Positions 50,774-60,812 of a stretch of DNA of 64,000 bases are shown here, one piece after another (position 1 is the first letter of the stretch; every line of letters starts with the position of its first letter). Both the position numbers and the translations under genes were made by a program. The notes under the pieces are model-generated. The model was not told where the DNA came from. It saw nothing but the letters and a program-made list of their open reading frames with translations, and made no database searches. Origin of the DNA: Oscillospiraceae bacterium (GTDB lineage: Bacteria; Bacillota; Clostridia; Christensenellales; Aristaeellaceae); contig JAIRSO010000020.1 of assembly GCA_031255415.1 (NCBI GenBank), positions 27,405 to 91,404 of the forward strand, given 5' to 3'.

Positions 50774-50962
50774 TGCGGATTACCTCCCTTGATTTTTGGT
50801 TCTCGTTCCGGAATCGGTATTATTCAGTATGCGGCCATAAAAAATTTGGCGCAATGCTGATATTTGCTCAAAGCAGCGTCGATTTTTGCTCTTTTTGCCG
50901 GCGTGCCCGCCGTCGAATAGTGCAATCCGATTAAAAAGCCGCGCGAAAGTATGGAATTGGTA

Positions 50963-50993
50963 TTGACACGGGGTACCGCGCGGGTAGTATAAT
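50963..50993 (+). promoter_or_regulatory. Promoter of the mgl-like operon, followed by a leader hairpin at 51001-51050
   Basis: TTGACA (50963-50968). The -10 is either TAGTAT (16-nt spacer) or TATAAT (19-nt spacer) at 50985-50993. Leader stem is GCGCGTGGGGTAACGC / GCGGTTACCCCGCGC. Confidence 0.55.
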
Positions 50994-51100
50994 CTACTTA
51001 GCGCGTGGGGTAACGCCGGAACCGCGCGCGTCTATGCGGTTACCCCGCGCTGCGGGCTCCGGCGATATATTAGGCTCACAAGGAAAGGAAGCGCACCGTT

Positions 51101-52165
51101 ATGAAGAAATTCCTATCGATCCTGATCGCATGCGCGATGCTGCTGGGGCTTGGCGGCGCGGCGCTGGCTGAAAACGAGGCTTACGTGTTCTGGTATACGT
51201 TCGCGGACGTGTATCTGTCCAGCGTGCGCGAGGCGTTGGACTCCGCGCTGGAAGAGTCTTCCATCGCGTATGTCGATAACGACGCGAACGCGACGCAGGC
51301 CACCCAAACCGACCAGATCACCACGGCTATAGCGTCCGGCGCTAGCCTGCTGGCGGTCAACGTATGCGAGACCGGAGCGGATGGAATCGCGCAGAACATC
51401 GTCGATAGCGCGAAGGCCGCCGGGATCCCGCTGATATTCTTCAACCGCTCTGTCAGCCCCGAGGTGGTCAAGAGCTACGAAAAGGCCGTGTTCGTCGGCA
51501 CCAACTACGAGGAAGCCGGGATCATGCAGGGGCAGCTGATCGGCCAGTACGTAGTGGACAACTACGACGCTATCGACCTCAACGGCGACGGCGTGATCAG
51601 CTACGTGATGTTCAAGGGCGACGAATCCAACCAGGAAGCCATCGCGCGCACGAAGTACGGCGTTGAGGACGCGGACAAGATCATCACCGCCGCAGGCAAG
51701 CCCGCGCTGTCTTTCTACGATTCGGGCAACGCGAACAAGTATCTCGTCGACCAGAACGGCACATGGAGCAACGCGGCCTCGTTCGACTATCTGCAGACGA
51801 TCCTCGCGCAGTATAACGAGGAGAACGGCAACATGGTCGAGTTGGTCATCGCCAACAACGACGATATGGCGCTGGGCGCGGTGAACGCGCTGCAGAACGC
51901 CGGATACAACAAGCCCGCCGAAGGCACGAAGGTGATCCCGGTGTTCGGCGTGGACGCGACTGACACGGCGAAGGAATTGATCAAGAACGGGTTCATGACC
52001 GGAACGATCAAGCAGGACGCCGTCGGCATGGCGGACGCTATCCGGACCATCGCCGCGAATTACATCGAGGGCAAGGACGCTTTCGACGGCCTGAACGAAG
52101 CCTACGTCATCGAGGACGGCTGGAAGGTCGCTATCCCTTACGGCGTATATACGGGCGAAGAGTAA
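51101..52165 (+). CDS. mglB: Galactose/glucose-type periplasmic binding protein (MglB-like)
   Basis: Signal peptide. Segments closely resemble E. coli MglB (DLNGDGVISYVMFKGD, VIANNDDMALGAVNAL, IPVFGVDA). Confidence 0.8.
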   Translation: MKKFLSILIACAMLLGLGGAALAENEAYVFWYTFADVYLSSVREALDSALEESSIAYVDNDANATQATQTDQITTAIASGASLLAVNVCETGADGIAQNIVDSAKAAGIPLIFFNRSVSPEVVKSYEKAVFVGTNYEEAGIMQGQLIGQYVVDNYDAIDLNGDGVISYVMFKGDESNQEAIARTKYGVEDADKIITAAGKPALSFYDSGNANKYLVDQNGTWSNAASFDYLQTILAQYNEENGNMVELVIANNDDMALGAVNALQNAGYNKPAEGTKVIPVFGVDATDTAKELIKNGFMTGTIKQDAVGMADAIRTIAANYIEGKDAFDGLNEAYVIEDGWKVAIPYGVYTGEE

Positions 52166-52247
52166 GCATAAGATCATTCCGGGCGGGGATCATCTCCGCC
52201 CGGATCGCGTTTGCCTAAGGATCGTTAAGGGTCGTCAAGGATCGTCG

Positions 52248-53786
52248 ATGTGGAAGGGCGGTGCTCGCGTGCGCGAAGATGGGGACGCGCCGGTTCTGCT
52301 GAGCATAGAGAACGTCAGCAAGCGGTTCCCGGGCGTTAAGGCGCTGGATCGCGTGTCGATGACGGTGAAGGCCGGAACCGTGCACGCGCTGATGGGCGAG
52401 AACGGCGCGGGCAAATCCACGCTGATGAAGTGCCTGTTCGGCATCTACGCCAAGGACGAGGGGCATATCTATCTGGAGGGTAACGAGATCCGTTTCAGAT
52501 CGGCGCGCGAGGCGCTGGACAGCGGCGTTGCCATGGTCCACCAGGAACTGAACCAGGCGCTCAAGCGTTCGGTAATGGATAATATCTGGCTGGGACGCTA
52601 TCCCAGGATGAGGAATTTGCCGTTCGTATCGGAGCGGAAGATGCTTGCCGACACCGCGTCGATATTCGGCGAGCTAGACATACGCGTGAATCCCAAGACC
52701 ATCATGTCGTCGATGCCCGTTTCGCAAAGGCAGATGGTAGAGATAGCCAAGGCCGTGTCGTTTCACTCGAAGGTCATCGTGTTTGACGAGCCGACTTCGT
52801 CGCTCACCGAGACCGAGGTAGAGCACCTGTTCCGCATAATCCGCGCTTTGCGGGATCGGGGCTGCGGAATCATCTATATATCCCATAAAATGGAAGAGAT
52901 ACTGCGCATATCCGATGAAGTGACGATAATGCGCGACGGGCAGTGGGTCGCGACGAAACCCGCCGCGGAGCTTACGATGAACGAGATCATCCGCCTGATG
53001 GTCGGACGGGAGATGTCGAACCGATTCCCGCCGAGGGACAGCCGCGCGCTGGAAGGCGCGGTGCTGGAGGCGGAGAATCTAAGCGGACGGTACTCGCATC
53101 TGCGCGGCGTATCGTTCAAGCTGAAAAAGGGAGAGATACTGGGCGTGGCGGGGCTGGATGGATCGGGACGCACGGAGTTGCTGGAGAATCTGTTCGGCAG
53201 CGCGGCGCGCGGCTCCGGCTCGCTGACAAAGAGCGGCAGGCGCATACACAACCGATCGCCGCGCGAGGCGATAGCCAACGGTTTCGCGATGGTCACGGAG
53301 GAGCGCCGCGCGACAGGGATAATGGATATACTGACCGTGCGCGAGAACACGACGATATCCTGCCTACGCAAATGCAGGGGAATCGGGCCGTTTCTAAGCT
53401 CCCGGAAGATTGCCCAAAAGACCGAGTGGTCCATAAACGCGATGCGCATCAAAACGCCTAAGCAGACCACGAAACTGCGCAGCCTGTCCGGGGGCAATCA
53501 GCAGAAGGTCATATTCGGGCGCTGGGCGCTGACGGAGCCTGAAATATTTCTACTAGACGAACCCACGCGCGGCGTGGACGTGGGCGCGAAGTACGAGATA
53601 TACCAGCTCATCATCCAGATGGCGCGGGAGGGAAAGTCGGTGGTCATGGCCTCTTCCGAGATGCCGGAGCTGCTGGGCATATGCCACCGCATACTGGTAA
53701 TGTCCGGGGGCAGGCTGGCGGGCGAGGTGGACGCAGGCCGCGCGACGCAGGAAGAAATAATGACGCTTGCCGCGAAATACGCGTAG
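52248..53786 (+). CDS. mglA: Sugar ABC importer ATPase with duplicated NBDs (MglA-like)
   Basis: First NBD has Walker A GENGAGKST; second NBD has LSGGNQQK and LLDEPTRGVD. 512 aa. Confidence 0.85.
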   Translation: MWKGGARVREDGDAPVLLSIENVSKRFPGVKALDRVSMTVKAGTVHALMGENGAGKSTLMKCLFGIYAKDEGHIYLEGNEIRFRSAREALDSGVAMVHQELNQALKRSVMDNIWLGRYPRMRNLPFVSERKMLADTASIFGELDIRVNPKTIMSSMPVSQRQMVEIAKAVSFHSKVIVFDEPTSSLTETEVEHLFRIIRALRDRGCGIIYISHKMEEILRISDEVTIMRDGQWVATKPAAELTMNEIIRLMVGREMSNRFPPRDSRALEGAVLEAENLSGRYSHLRGVSFKLKKGEILGVAGLDGSGRTELLENLFGSAARGSGSLTKSGRRIHNRSPREAIANGFAMVTEERRATGIMDILTVRENTTISCLRKCRGIGPFLSSRKIAQKTEWSINAMRIKTPKQTTKLRSLSGGNQQKVIFGRWALTEPEIFLLDEPTRGVDVGAKYEIYQLIIQMAREGKSVVMASSEMPELLGICHRILVMSGGRLAGEVDAGRATQEEIMTLAAKYA

Positions 53787-53807
53787 GCGCGGAGAAAGGT
53801 GCGGAAT

Positions 53808-54842
53808 ATGGCCGCGGCGAATAACGGCAGCCGGACGTCGACGCGCGAGAGATGGACGCGCGCGGGCGATTTTTTGTTGGATCACGCGATGATCATCATA
53901 ATACTAGCGATGGTTGTATACATCCAGACACAGCGCCCCGCGTTCCTCAAGACCGCTTCGATCGTCAATATCATCACCCTGACGGCCTCGCGGCTGCCGA
54001 TGGCGCTGGGTATCGCTGGCGCAATCATACTGACCGGAACCGATCTTTCAGCCGGGCGGACGGTGGGTTTGACCGCGTTCATATCCGCGATATTCCTGCA
54101 GAAGCTGGACGTGGCGGGGCGGTTCCTGCAAAGCGCGGCGCTGCCGCTGCCGATGGTGCTGTTGATGGTGATGGCGGTAGGCGGGTTGGTAGGCGCGGTC
54201 AACGGGTTCTGCGTGGCTAACTTCAAGCTCCATCCGTTCATAGTGACGCTGGCGACGCAGCTTATCATATACGGCGCGTACCTGACCGTGAGCGGCGCGA
54301 AACAGATATCCAGCCTGGACGCGAGGTATACGACGGAGTTTGTGACGCGCACGCTGTTTAGGATCGGCACTACGTCGGTGATGAGTTACGTGGTATTCTC
54401 CGCCATCGTCACGGCGGTCATGTGGGTGGTCTGGAACAAGACCGCGTTCGGCAAGAACATGTTTGCCGTCGGCTCGAACGAGGAGGCGGCGAGGGTATCG
54501 GGCGTAAACGTCACGATGACGGTTATATGCGTATTCATGTTAGCCGGCGCGACGTATGGGTACACGGGGTTTGTGGAGGCGGCGAGGCTGGGCGCGTCGA
54601 CGGGCACGCTAGGCCTTAATTACGAGCTAGACGCAATCGCCGCGTGCGTGATAGGCGGGGTATCGTTCATAGGCGGCATAGGCAAGATAAGCGGCGTGAT
54701 ACTGGGCGTGTTCCTAATGCAGCTTATTATCAACGGGATGACGTTCCTAGGGATCAGCGGGAATACGACCTATATCATAAAAGGATTGGTTATACTGGTT
54801 GCGTGCGCGATCGATATGCGCAAGTACTTGAGTAAAAAGTAA
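53808..54842 (+). CDS. mglC: Sugar ABC importer permease (MglC-like)
   Basis: About 10 TM segments in the BPD_transp_2 pattern. The ATG at 53808 follows GGAGAAAGG; an alternative GTG is at 53799. Confidence 0.8.
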   Translation: MAAANNGSRTSTRERWTRAGDFLLDHAMIIIILAMVVYIQTQRPAFLKTASIVNIITLTASRLPMALGIAGAIILTGTDLSAGRTVGLTAFISAIFLQKLDVAGRFLQSAALPLPMVLLMVMAVGGLVGAVNGFCVANFKLHPFIVTLATQLIIYGAYLTVSGAKQISSLDARYTTEFVTRTLFRIGTTSVMSYVVFSAIVTAVMWVVWNKTAFGKNMFAVGSNEEAARVSGVNVTMTVICVFMLAGATYGYTGFVEAARLGASTGTLGLNYELDAIAACVIGGVSFIGGIGKISGVILGVFLMQLIINGMTFLGISGNTTYIIKGLVILVACAIDMRKYLSKK

Positions 54843-54889
54843 GCGGCGGGGAACGGCTCCGTAGGGGTGAAGCTTCTGTTGTTTTGCTT

Positions 54890-55019
54890 GCGCTCCCGTG
54901 GAACACATCATCTGCCGCATTTAGTGGCGCTCCCGTGGAATAATCCCTTTGCCGCTTGGGGAGAAGAACGCCCCCTCTGCCGCTTTGGGAAAGAGGGGAC
55001 GTTCCACGGGAGTGTCGCC
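54890..55019. repeat. Direct plus inverted copies of GCGCTCCCGTGGAA forming a nested hairpin between convergent genes
   Basis: Direct copies at 54890-54903 and 54927-54940; inverted copy TTCCACGGGAGTGTCGCC at 55002-55019. Inner stem is CCCTCT/AGAGGG. Confidence 0.65.
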
Positions 55020-55038
55020 CGAAGCGATAGAGCCTCCC

Positions 55039-56181
55039 CTAAAAATCGTCCGCGCTCCGTCTCCCCAGCGCCAGCGGGAACCAACCCTGCGGCGCGTTCG
55101 ATACGGGGAACAGCAGCGACTTCATCGAGAATACCGCCTCTTGCGCCTGCATGCTGGTCATGCTCGCGTCTATATCGCGCCCGCTCCGGCTCACCGACGT
55201 ATCAGCCCCGGCTACCTCCATGGTCAGCGGTTCCCCGCCGTCGATCTGGATCGTCCAGCGTCCGTCGGGCATGGGCTGAGCGGCTCTTTTCAGCGCCAGC
55301 GCCGCGCCTAGCGTCGTCTCCCAGTCCAGCACGCGCAGCTTGCACTCCTGATCGATCGCGAACCCCTCGCTTATCGATTCCGCCTCTTGCTGAAGCGGTA
55401 TATCGAACGTCGGCACGCGCAGCTTGAACCCGCCCCGCGCCGCGTACCACGCCTTAAAGAACGGCTTCGCGTAACGCGCGGAATCCTCCAGCACAAGCTC
55501 CGACACCATATCGTCATTGGTCGCGACTGCGTAGCCAACGCACGCGCCGCCATCGTTCACCGCGTACAGCTTAGCGCCCCACGATTGGCATATGATAAGG
55601 AAATTCTCCCTCGAGCGCGATCCCGCCGCGATCTGCCTATCGTACGCGCCATACGCAATATCAATCAGAGGATCATTACTATCCGTTATTTCTTTAAACG
55701 ATATCCTCGACGAGTCGATCCCGCCCAGCGCGTGCCGGACGTTATCGCCGTTGATTAAATGCGAGGCCGACACGCCTGCCGGGGTGAACCCGAAATACCC
55801 GTACCTCTGCCGCCTCCCGCCCAGCGCCATGTACGCGTAACCCTCGCGCCGCGCGGTATCCATAGCCATTGCCATCAGATGCTTCATGCCGCCGCGCCCG
55901 CGATAATACGGATGCGTGCTCACCGTGCCGATAAACCCGACCGTGAACCCGCGCCCAGCCGCGCGCGCCGGAACGGGCAGCATCGCGACCAGCGCGCGGA
56001 TACGCCCGTCTTCCCTGGCGATAAAGTGCTTGTCGGGCTGGAACAGCGGCGCGCCCTCGCCGTAAACCTTCGGCAGCATCGCGGCGAAATCGTGCGGCCT
56101 GTGCGCCATACTGAATACTAGATTCGCGAAGTCGAGTATCTCCCCGCGCTCTTGCGGCTTCGCAGGTCCATATGTGACCAT
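55039..56181 (-). CDS. GNAT-family N-acetyltransferase with C-terminal SCP2-like domain (Eis-like architecture)
   Basis: Acetyl-CoA binding motif region HPYYRGRGGMKHLM. Length of about 380 aa and layout match Eis-type enzymes. Confidence 0.65.
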   Translation of the reverse strand: MVTYGPAKPQERGEILDFANLVFSMAHRPHDFAAMLPKVYGEGAPLFQPDKHFIAREDGRIRALVAMLPVPARAAGRGFTVGFIGTVSTHPYYRGRGGMKHLMAMAMDTARREGYAYMALGGRRQRYGYFGFTPAGVSASHLINGDNVRHALGGIDSSRISFKEITDSNDPLIDIAYGAYDRQIAAGSRSRENFLIICQSWGAKLYAVNDGGACVGYAVATNDDMVSELVLEDSARYAKPFFKAWYAARGGFKLRVPTFDIPLQQEAESISEGFAIDQECKLRVLDWETTLGAALALKRAAQPMPDGRWTIQIDGGEPLTMEVAGADTSVSRSGRDIDASMTSMQAQEAVFSMKSLLFPVSNAPQGWFPLALGRRSADDF

Positions 56182-56192
56182 GGATAGCCCTC

Positions 56193-57497
56193 CTACGCCC
56201 CGGCCTTTGCGTGATCCTCCCGGCGGCCTTCCTTTATAATGCGCGCGCCCAGCGCGTTGAGTTTTTCCGCGAAATGCTCGTAACCGCGATCTATATAGTG
56301 CGGATTCAATATCTCCGTCGAGCCGCGCGCCATCAGTCCAGCCACTACCAGCGCCGCGCCGGCGCGCAGATCGGTAGCCGTCAGCGCGGCTCCCGCAAGC
56401 TCCGGCACGCCCTCTATCACGGCGACCCTGTCCAATACCTGCGCGCGCGCGCCCATCCGCGCCAGCTCGCGTATATGCTTGAACCTGGATTCAAATATCG
56501 TCTCTGTGATAAGGCTAACCCCGCGCGCCGTGCACAGCATCGCGGTCATCGGCTGCTGAAGATCGGTCGGGAATCCGGGATACACCTGCGTCTTGAGCGT
56601 CAGCGCGCGCCTGATCCCGGTCGAGCGTACTCGGATAACGTCGTCGTGATCGTCCACGCGAACACCCATCTCCAACAGTTTGGCGGACAGCGCCTCCATA
56701 TGCGTGGGGATGCATCCCCGAACCGTCACGTCGCCGTCGGTGGCTGCCGCCGCTATCATCATCGTGCCCGTCTCGATCTGGTCGGGGATGATCGCGTACA
56801 CCGTGCCGTGCAGCCTGTCAACGCCCGTCACGCGGATCACGTCGGTGCCCGCGCCCTTTATCCTCGCGCCCATGCTGTTGAGGAAGTTGGCCACTTCGAC
56901 CACGTGAGGCTCTTTCGCCGCGTTGAACAGCAGCGTCTGCCCCTTCGCGCGGCAGGACGCTAACAACAGGTTTATCGTGCCGCCGACCGTCACCATGTCC
57001 AGATATATCTCCGCTCCGGCGAGCCTGCCGCCTTTCGCCGACGCGCGTATCACCCCATACTGATCCGTGACCGCAGCGCCCAGCGCGCGCATGCCCTTTA
57101 TGTGTTGATCCAGAGCGCGGTCGCCGATATCGCACCCGCCCGGGTATGGGATCTGCGCCTGGCTCCACCGACCCAGCATCGCGCCCAACAGATAACTGGA
57201 CGCCCTCAACGCCCTGGCAAGATCGTCCCTAGGCTCGGATCGGCATACCGTCCTGGGATCGACGCGCACGGTGCGTCCGCAGCGCGAGACCTTCGCGCCC
57301 AGATCCCCGAGCAGGTCGATCATCACGCGGACGTCCTCGATATACGGAAGGTTCTCTATCGTGACGGGTTCGTCGCACAGCAAAGACGCGGCGATGACAG
57401 CCACCGCCGGGTTCTTGCCGCCGCCTACCTCGACCTCGCCCCGAAGCGGCCTGCCGCCCTCTATGATCCAGCGTTCGCCGCCCACGCCGTCAATCAT
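56193..57497 (-). CDS. murA: UDP-N-acetylglucosamine 1-carboxyvinyltransferase
   Basis: GGKNPAVAVIAASLL N-terminus and active-site loop YPGGCDIGDRALDQH. Confidence 0.93.
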   Translation of the reverse strand: MIDGVGGERWIIEGGRPLRGEVEVGGGKNPAVAVIAASLLCDEPVTIENLPYIEDVRVMIDLLGDLGAKVSRCGRTVRVDPRTVCRSEPRDDLARALRASSYLLGAMLGRWSQAQIPYPGGCDIGDRALDQHIKGMRALGAAVTDQYGVIRASAKGGRLAGAEIYLDMVTVGGTINLLLASCRAKGQTLLFNAAKEPHVVEVANFLNSMGARIKGAGTDVIRVTGVDRLHGTVYAIIPDQIETGTMMIAAAATDGDVTVRGCIPTHMEALSAKLLEMGVRVDDHDDVIRVRSTGIRRALTLKTQVYPGFPTDLQQPMTAMLCTARGVSLITETIFESRFKHIRELARMGARAQVLDRVAVIEGVPELAGAALTATDLRAGAALVVAGLMARGSTEILNPHYIDRGYEHFAEKLNALGARIIKEGRREDHAKAGA

Positions 57498-57720
57498 CCC
57501 GGCCGCCTCCGCATCCCGCGCAGCCGCCGCAATCGCCCCCGCAGCCGCAGCCGCCGCGCCCGGCGCTCGATCCCGCCATGCCGAACAGGCAGCGGCCTTC
57601 GTAAGCGCGCTCCGACGCGCCCGCGCATTCGGGGCACTTTACCGAGTCCAGTTTGGACGCGCTAACCAGTTCGTCAAACACCGCGCCGCAATCGCCGCAT
57701 CGAAACTTAAGCAGAGGCAT
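57490..57720 (-). CDS. FmdB-family zinc-ribbon protein with Gly/Cys-rich tail
   Basis: FRCGDCG...VKCPECG-type double CxxC, then the tail GGCGCGGDCGGCAGCGGG. GGGGAG RBS. Overlaps the murA start by 8 nt. Only the last 76 codons of the tracked ORF are taken as coding. Confidence 0.75.
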   Translation of the reverse strand: MPLLKFRCGDCGAVFDELVSASKLDSVKCPECAGASERAYEGRCLFGMAGSSAGRGGCGCGGDCGGCAGCGGGRDD

Positions 57721-57892
57721 AAGAATCACTCCCCGATACATCCAAGATAAATACCCGAGCAACATATAAACGCGCCTGAACCGCGAAATCTTGCAAAGCC
57801 GCGCCCCCTGTGTTAAAATGCTCCAGAAAGAGTACGCGCCGGATGGGGAATCCGGATTACGCCGCGATATGGACATAAGCGGGAGGCGCTTT

Positions 57893-58342
57893 ATGACGAT
57901 TAAACAGGTATCGGTGTTTATAGAAAACTCACCCGGCACGCTGGCGCAGGCGACGCGGCTGCTGGGCGATAAGGGATTCGACCTGCTCGCGCTATCGCTA
58001 GCGGATACGGCGAGGTTCGGCATACTGCGCTGCCTTGCCAAGCGTCCCGGCGAGGCGGTGGACGCGCTGAACGCGGCGGGATTCTCCGCGCGCGCGGCGG
58101 ACGTGCTGGCGGCGCTCGTGCCGGATCGGCCGGGCGGGCTGGCGGTCGTGCTGGAGGCTCTGGCAGCCAAACGCGTCGGGGTCGAATACTGCTACTCGTT
58201 CGCGCGGTCGATCCAGACGGAGAACGGGAGCCGCGCGGCTATCGTGCTCCGCGTCGAGGACGATAAGGTAGACGACGCGGTGGACGCGCTGAATAACGCC
58301 GGCGTGCCGATGATGAGCGCCTCGATGCTGGACAGCCTGTAA
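57893..58342 (+). CDS. Tandem ACT-domain protein
   Basis: IKQVSVFIENSPGTLAQATRLLGDKGFDLLALSLAD and a second ACT-like repeat (LAALVPDRPGGLAVVLEALA). GGGAGG RBS. Confidence 0.7.
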   Translation: MTIKQVSVFIENSPGTLAQATRLLGDKGFDLLALSLADTARFGILRCLAKRPGEAVDALNAAGFSARAADVLAALVPDRPGGLAVVLEALAAKRVGVEYCYSFARSIQTENGSRAAIVLRVEDDKVDDAVDALNNAGVPMMSASMLDSL

Positions 58343-58344
58343 CC

Positions 58345-59484
58345 ATGCGCAATACCCGCCTCATTATAAACCTTGACGCGATAGCGCGCAACGTCCGCGC
58401 GCTGCGCGCGGTCGATCCGTCCGCGCCGATGATGGCGGTGGTCAAGGCGAACGCGTATGGGCACGGCGGCGTTGAAACCGCGCGGATCGCGCTGGCGAAC
58501 GGATGCGCGGCGCTGGGGGTGGCGATAGCCGAGGAGGGAGTCCTCCTGCGCCGATCGGGCGTCGCAGCGCCTATATTGATAATGGGCGCTCCCGATCCAG
58601 CCGCGATAGACGATGTGATTATCAACCGCCTGACCCAGACGATCTTCCTGCCCGAGCACGCCGCTATGCTGGACAAGGCCGCCTCGCGCGTGGGCGCAGC
58701 GGCGCTGGTTCATCTGAAGGCGGACACCGGCATGCACCGCATCGGCGTTTCCGGCGGCGGGATGGAGTCTTTGGCGGACGCGGTAAGCGGGTTCGGCGGG
58801 ATTCGCGTGACCGGCGTGTTTACGCATCTAGCCGCCGCGGATTCGACGGAACCGGACGACATGGATTACACCCGCGCGCAGATCGAGTCGTTTGAGCGAA
58901 TCGCCGCCGCGATGAAGGCGCGATTCGGGCCGATCATAGCGCACGCGGCGAACAGCGCGGGGTATCTGGCCTGGCCTCGGTCGCGGATGGATATGTCGAG
59001 GGTGGGTATCGCGATGTATGGCGCGCCGCCGATACCAGCCGCCGCCAGCCTCCCGCCCGTCGGGGAGAGGCTTCTCCCCGCGATGCGCTGGGTGACGCAG
59101 GCCTCGAGCGTGCGCGAGATACCCGCCGGATCGTGCGTGGGTTATGGACGCGCGTTCACGAGCGCGCGCGCGACACGCGTGATGACGATTCCCGTCGGAT
59201 ACGCGGACGGTTTCAGCCGCGCGCTGTCGAACAAGGGATATGTATTGACGCGGGGTAAACGCGCGCCGATCATAGGCCGCGTGTGCATGGATCAGACGAT
59301 GGCGGACGTGACCGACATACCCGGAGCCGAGGTTGGCGACGAGGTAGTGTTGTTGGGAAGCCAGGGCGGCGAGTCCATCACGGCGGACGATATAGCCGGT
59401 TGGGCTGGGACTATCAGTTATGAGATATTCTGCGCCGTATCGCCGCGAGTGCCCCGCGCGGTCATCCCCGCCGAGACTTGTTAG
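58345..59484 (+). CDS. alr: Alanine racemase
   Basis: PLP-lysine motif AVVKANAYGHG and a C-terminal beta domain with ICMDQ. Confidence 0.92.
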   Translation: MRNTRLIINLDAIARNVRALRAVDPSAPMMAVVKANAYGHGGVETARIALANGCAALGVAIAEEGVLLRRSGVAAPILIMGAPDPAAIDDVIINRLTQTIFLPEHAAMLDKAASRVGAAALVHLKADTGMHRIGVSGGGMESLADAVSGFGGIRVTGVFTHLAAADSTEPDDMDYTRAQIESFERIAAAMKARFGPIIAHAANSAGYLAWPRSRMDMSRVGIAMYGAPPIPAAASLPPVGERLLPAMRWVTQASSVREIPAGSCVGYGRAFTSARATRVMTIPVGYADGFSRALSNKGYVLTRGKRAPIIGRVCMDQTMADVTDIPGAEVGDEVVLLGSQGGESITADDIAGWAGTISYEIFCAVSPRVPRAVIPAETC

Positions 59485-59485
59485 C

Positions 59486-60052
59486 GTGGATCGCGCCGCT
59501 CTGCGTCGCCGCATAGCCGAACGAACCACTCCGGACAGCCGCGCCCGCGACTCGCGCGCGATAACGGAAGCGATAGTATCCTCCGCCGCGTGGCGTGAAG
59601 CGGGGTGCGTGTTTTGTTATATCCGCGCGGGACGCGAGGTATCGACGGAGGGGATTATTAGGCGGGCGATTGACCAAGGCAAACGCTTGTGCGTGCCGCG
59701 CGTTCTCGAGGAGCCGGGGTTGATGGAGGCCGCGCTGTACAATGGCGAACCGATGGAGCGCGGGAGGTTTGGGATACCCTCGCCCGCGGACGCCCCGGTT
59801 GTAACGCCGGAATCGATCGACTTGATAATACTGCCAGGACTCGCGTTCAGTCTGGATGGAGCGCGGATAGGCCAGGGCGGCGGATACTATGACCGATATC
59901 TGGCGCGTAGCCGCGCGTACAGGATCGCTCCGGCGTTCGCGTGCCAGGTATACGGCGGCTTGACCGTCAATCCGTGGGATCAGCGGGTGCACGCGCTGGC
60001 TCTGCCGGATGGCATAATAGTGACAGGAGTGAAGTATGAGCCAAACAGGTAG
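59486..60052 (+). CDS. 5-formyltetrahydrofolate cyclo-ligase
   Basis: GGGYYDRYL motif and the LILPGLAF pattern. A GTG start at 59486, just after the alr stop, is proposed. Confidence 0.8.
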   Translation: MDRAALRRRIAERTTPDSRARDSRAITEAIVSSAAWREAGCVFCYIRAGREVSTEGIIRRAIDQGKRLCVPRVLEEPGLMEAALYNGEPMERGRFGIPSPADAPVVTPESIDLIILPGLAFSLDGARIGQGGGYYDRYLARSRAYRIAPAFACQVYGGLTVNPWDQRVHALALPDGIIVTGVKYEPNR

Positions 60053-60809
60053 CGCGGGATCAGCCGCGTCGGTTAAGGGCGGGATAGCCGGAGCCGCGCT
60101 TAGGATACTGGGGTTCACGGCTGCGTTTGGTTTTGTCGGGTTGATGTTCGCTCCGGCGCTGATGAGCGACAACGCGGCGCTGCGCGTCGCGATGAACTCC
60201 GCGCTGCTGCTGGGCGCGGGCGCGCTGTACTTCTCGCTGGGCGCGGGCAAGGGCGAGGACGATTGCAAGGCCGATTTCACGCGCGCCAGAGCGAAGGCGG
60301 CGATTCACGACGTTACGCCAGTGAACCGCGTATACTCGAGGTCGCGCGCGGCGCTGGGCGCTTTGCTGGGCGTTTCGCCGTTTATCATACTGGGCGTAAT
60401 CGTCGCGGCGACTGCGCAGCCTTATACGTATACGCTGCAGGATCTGCCCGGCTGGCTGTCCGCGTATACGCGCCAGCCAGACGTGGGTCGCGCGCTCGAG
60501 TACTATAACCGCGAGATTATCACGCCGTTGACGGACTGGCTGCGCATCGGGGTAAGGTTTGCGATACTGCCGTTCGTGTACCTGATAGCGTCGCTGGGAG
60601 ACGCGGCTTCGCTGGCACTGGATCGGATCAGCCCGCTGTTGATGCTGCCTCTGCCCGCGTGTTACGCGATAGGATACTTGACCGGCCCCGCGCGGTATGA
60701 GAAGACGCGCAGGTTCATCGAGTCGGTGAAGTCCAAGCCGCGCATGCGCCTGAAGAAAAAGGCGCGCGAACAGCGCCGGCGCAAGGACGAGCGCAACCAA
60801 CTTATTTAA
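60036..60809 (+). CDS. Integral membrane protein of unknown function with a basic C-terminal tail
   Basis: Several predicted TM helices; the tail is KPRMRLKKKAREQRRRKDERNQ. Confidence 0.55.
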   Translation: MSQTGSAGSAASVKGGIAGAALRILGFTAAFGFVGLMFAPALMSDNAALRVAMNSALLLGAGALYFSLGAGKGEDDCKADFTRARAKAAIHDVTPVNRVYSRSRAALGALLGVSPFIILGVIVAATAQPYTYTLQDLPGWLSAYTRQPDVGRALEYYNREIITPLTDWLRIGVRFAILPFVYLIASLGDAASLALDRISPLLMLPLPACYAIGYLTGPARYEKTRRFIESVKSKPRMRLKKKAREQRRRKDERNQLI

Positions 60810-60812
60810 TCG

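Noticed and set aside
54890-54940. Possible CRISPR-like array, suggested by the repeated GCGCTCCCGTGGAA.
   Set aside because: There are only two direct copies plus one inverted copy, the units are 14 nt long, and there are no cas genes. It fits a nested terminator or REP-like structure.
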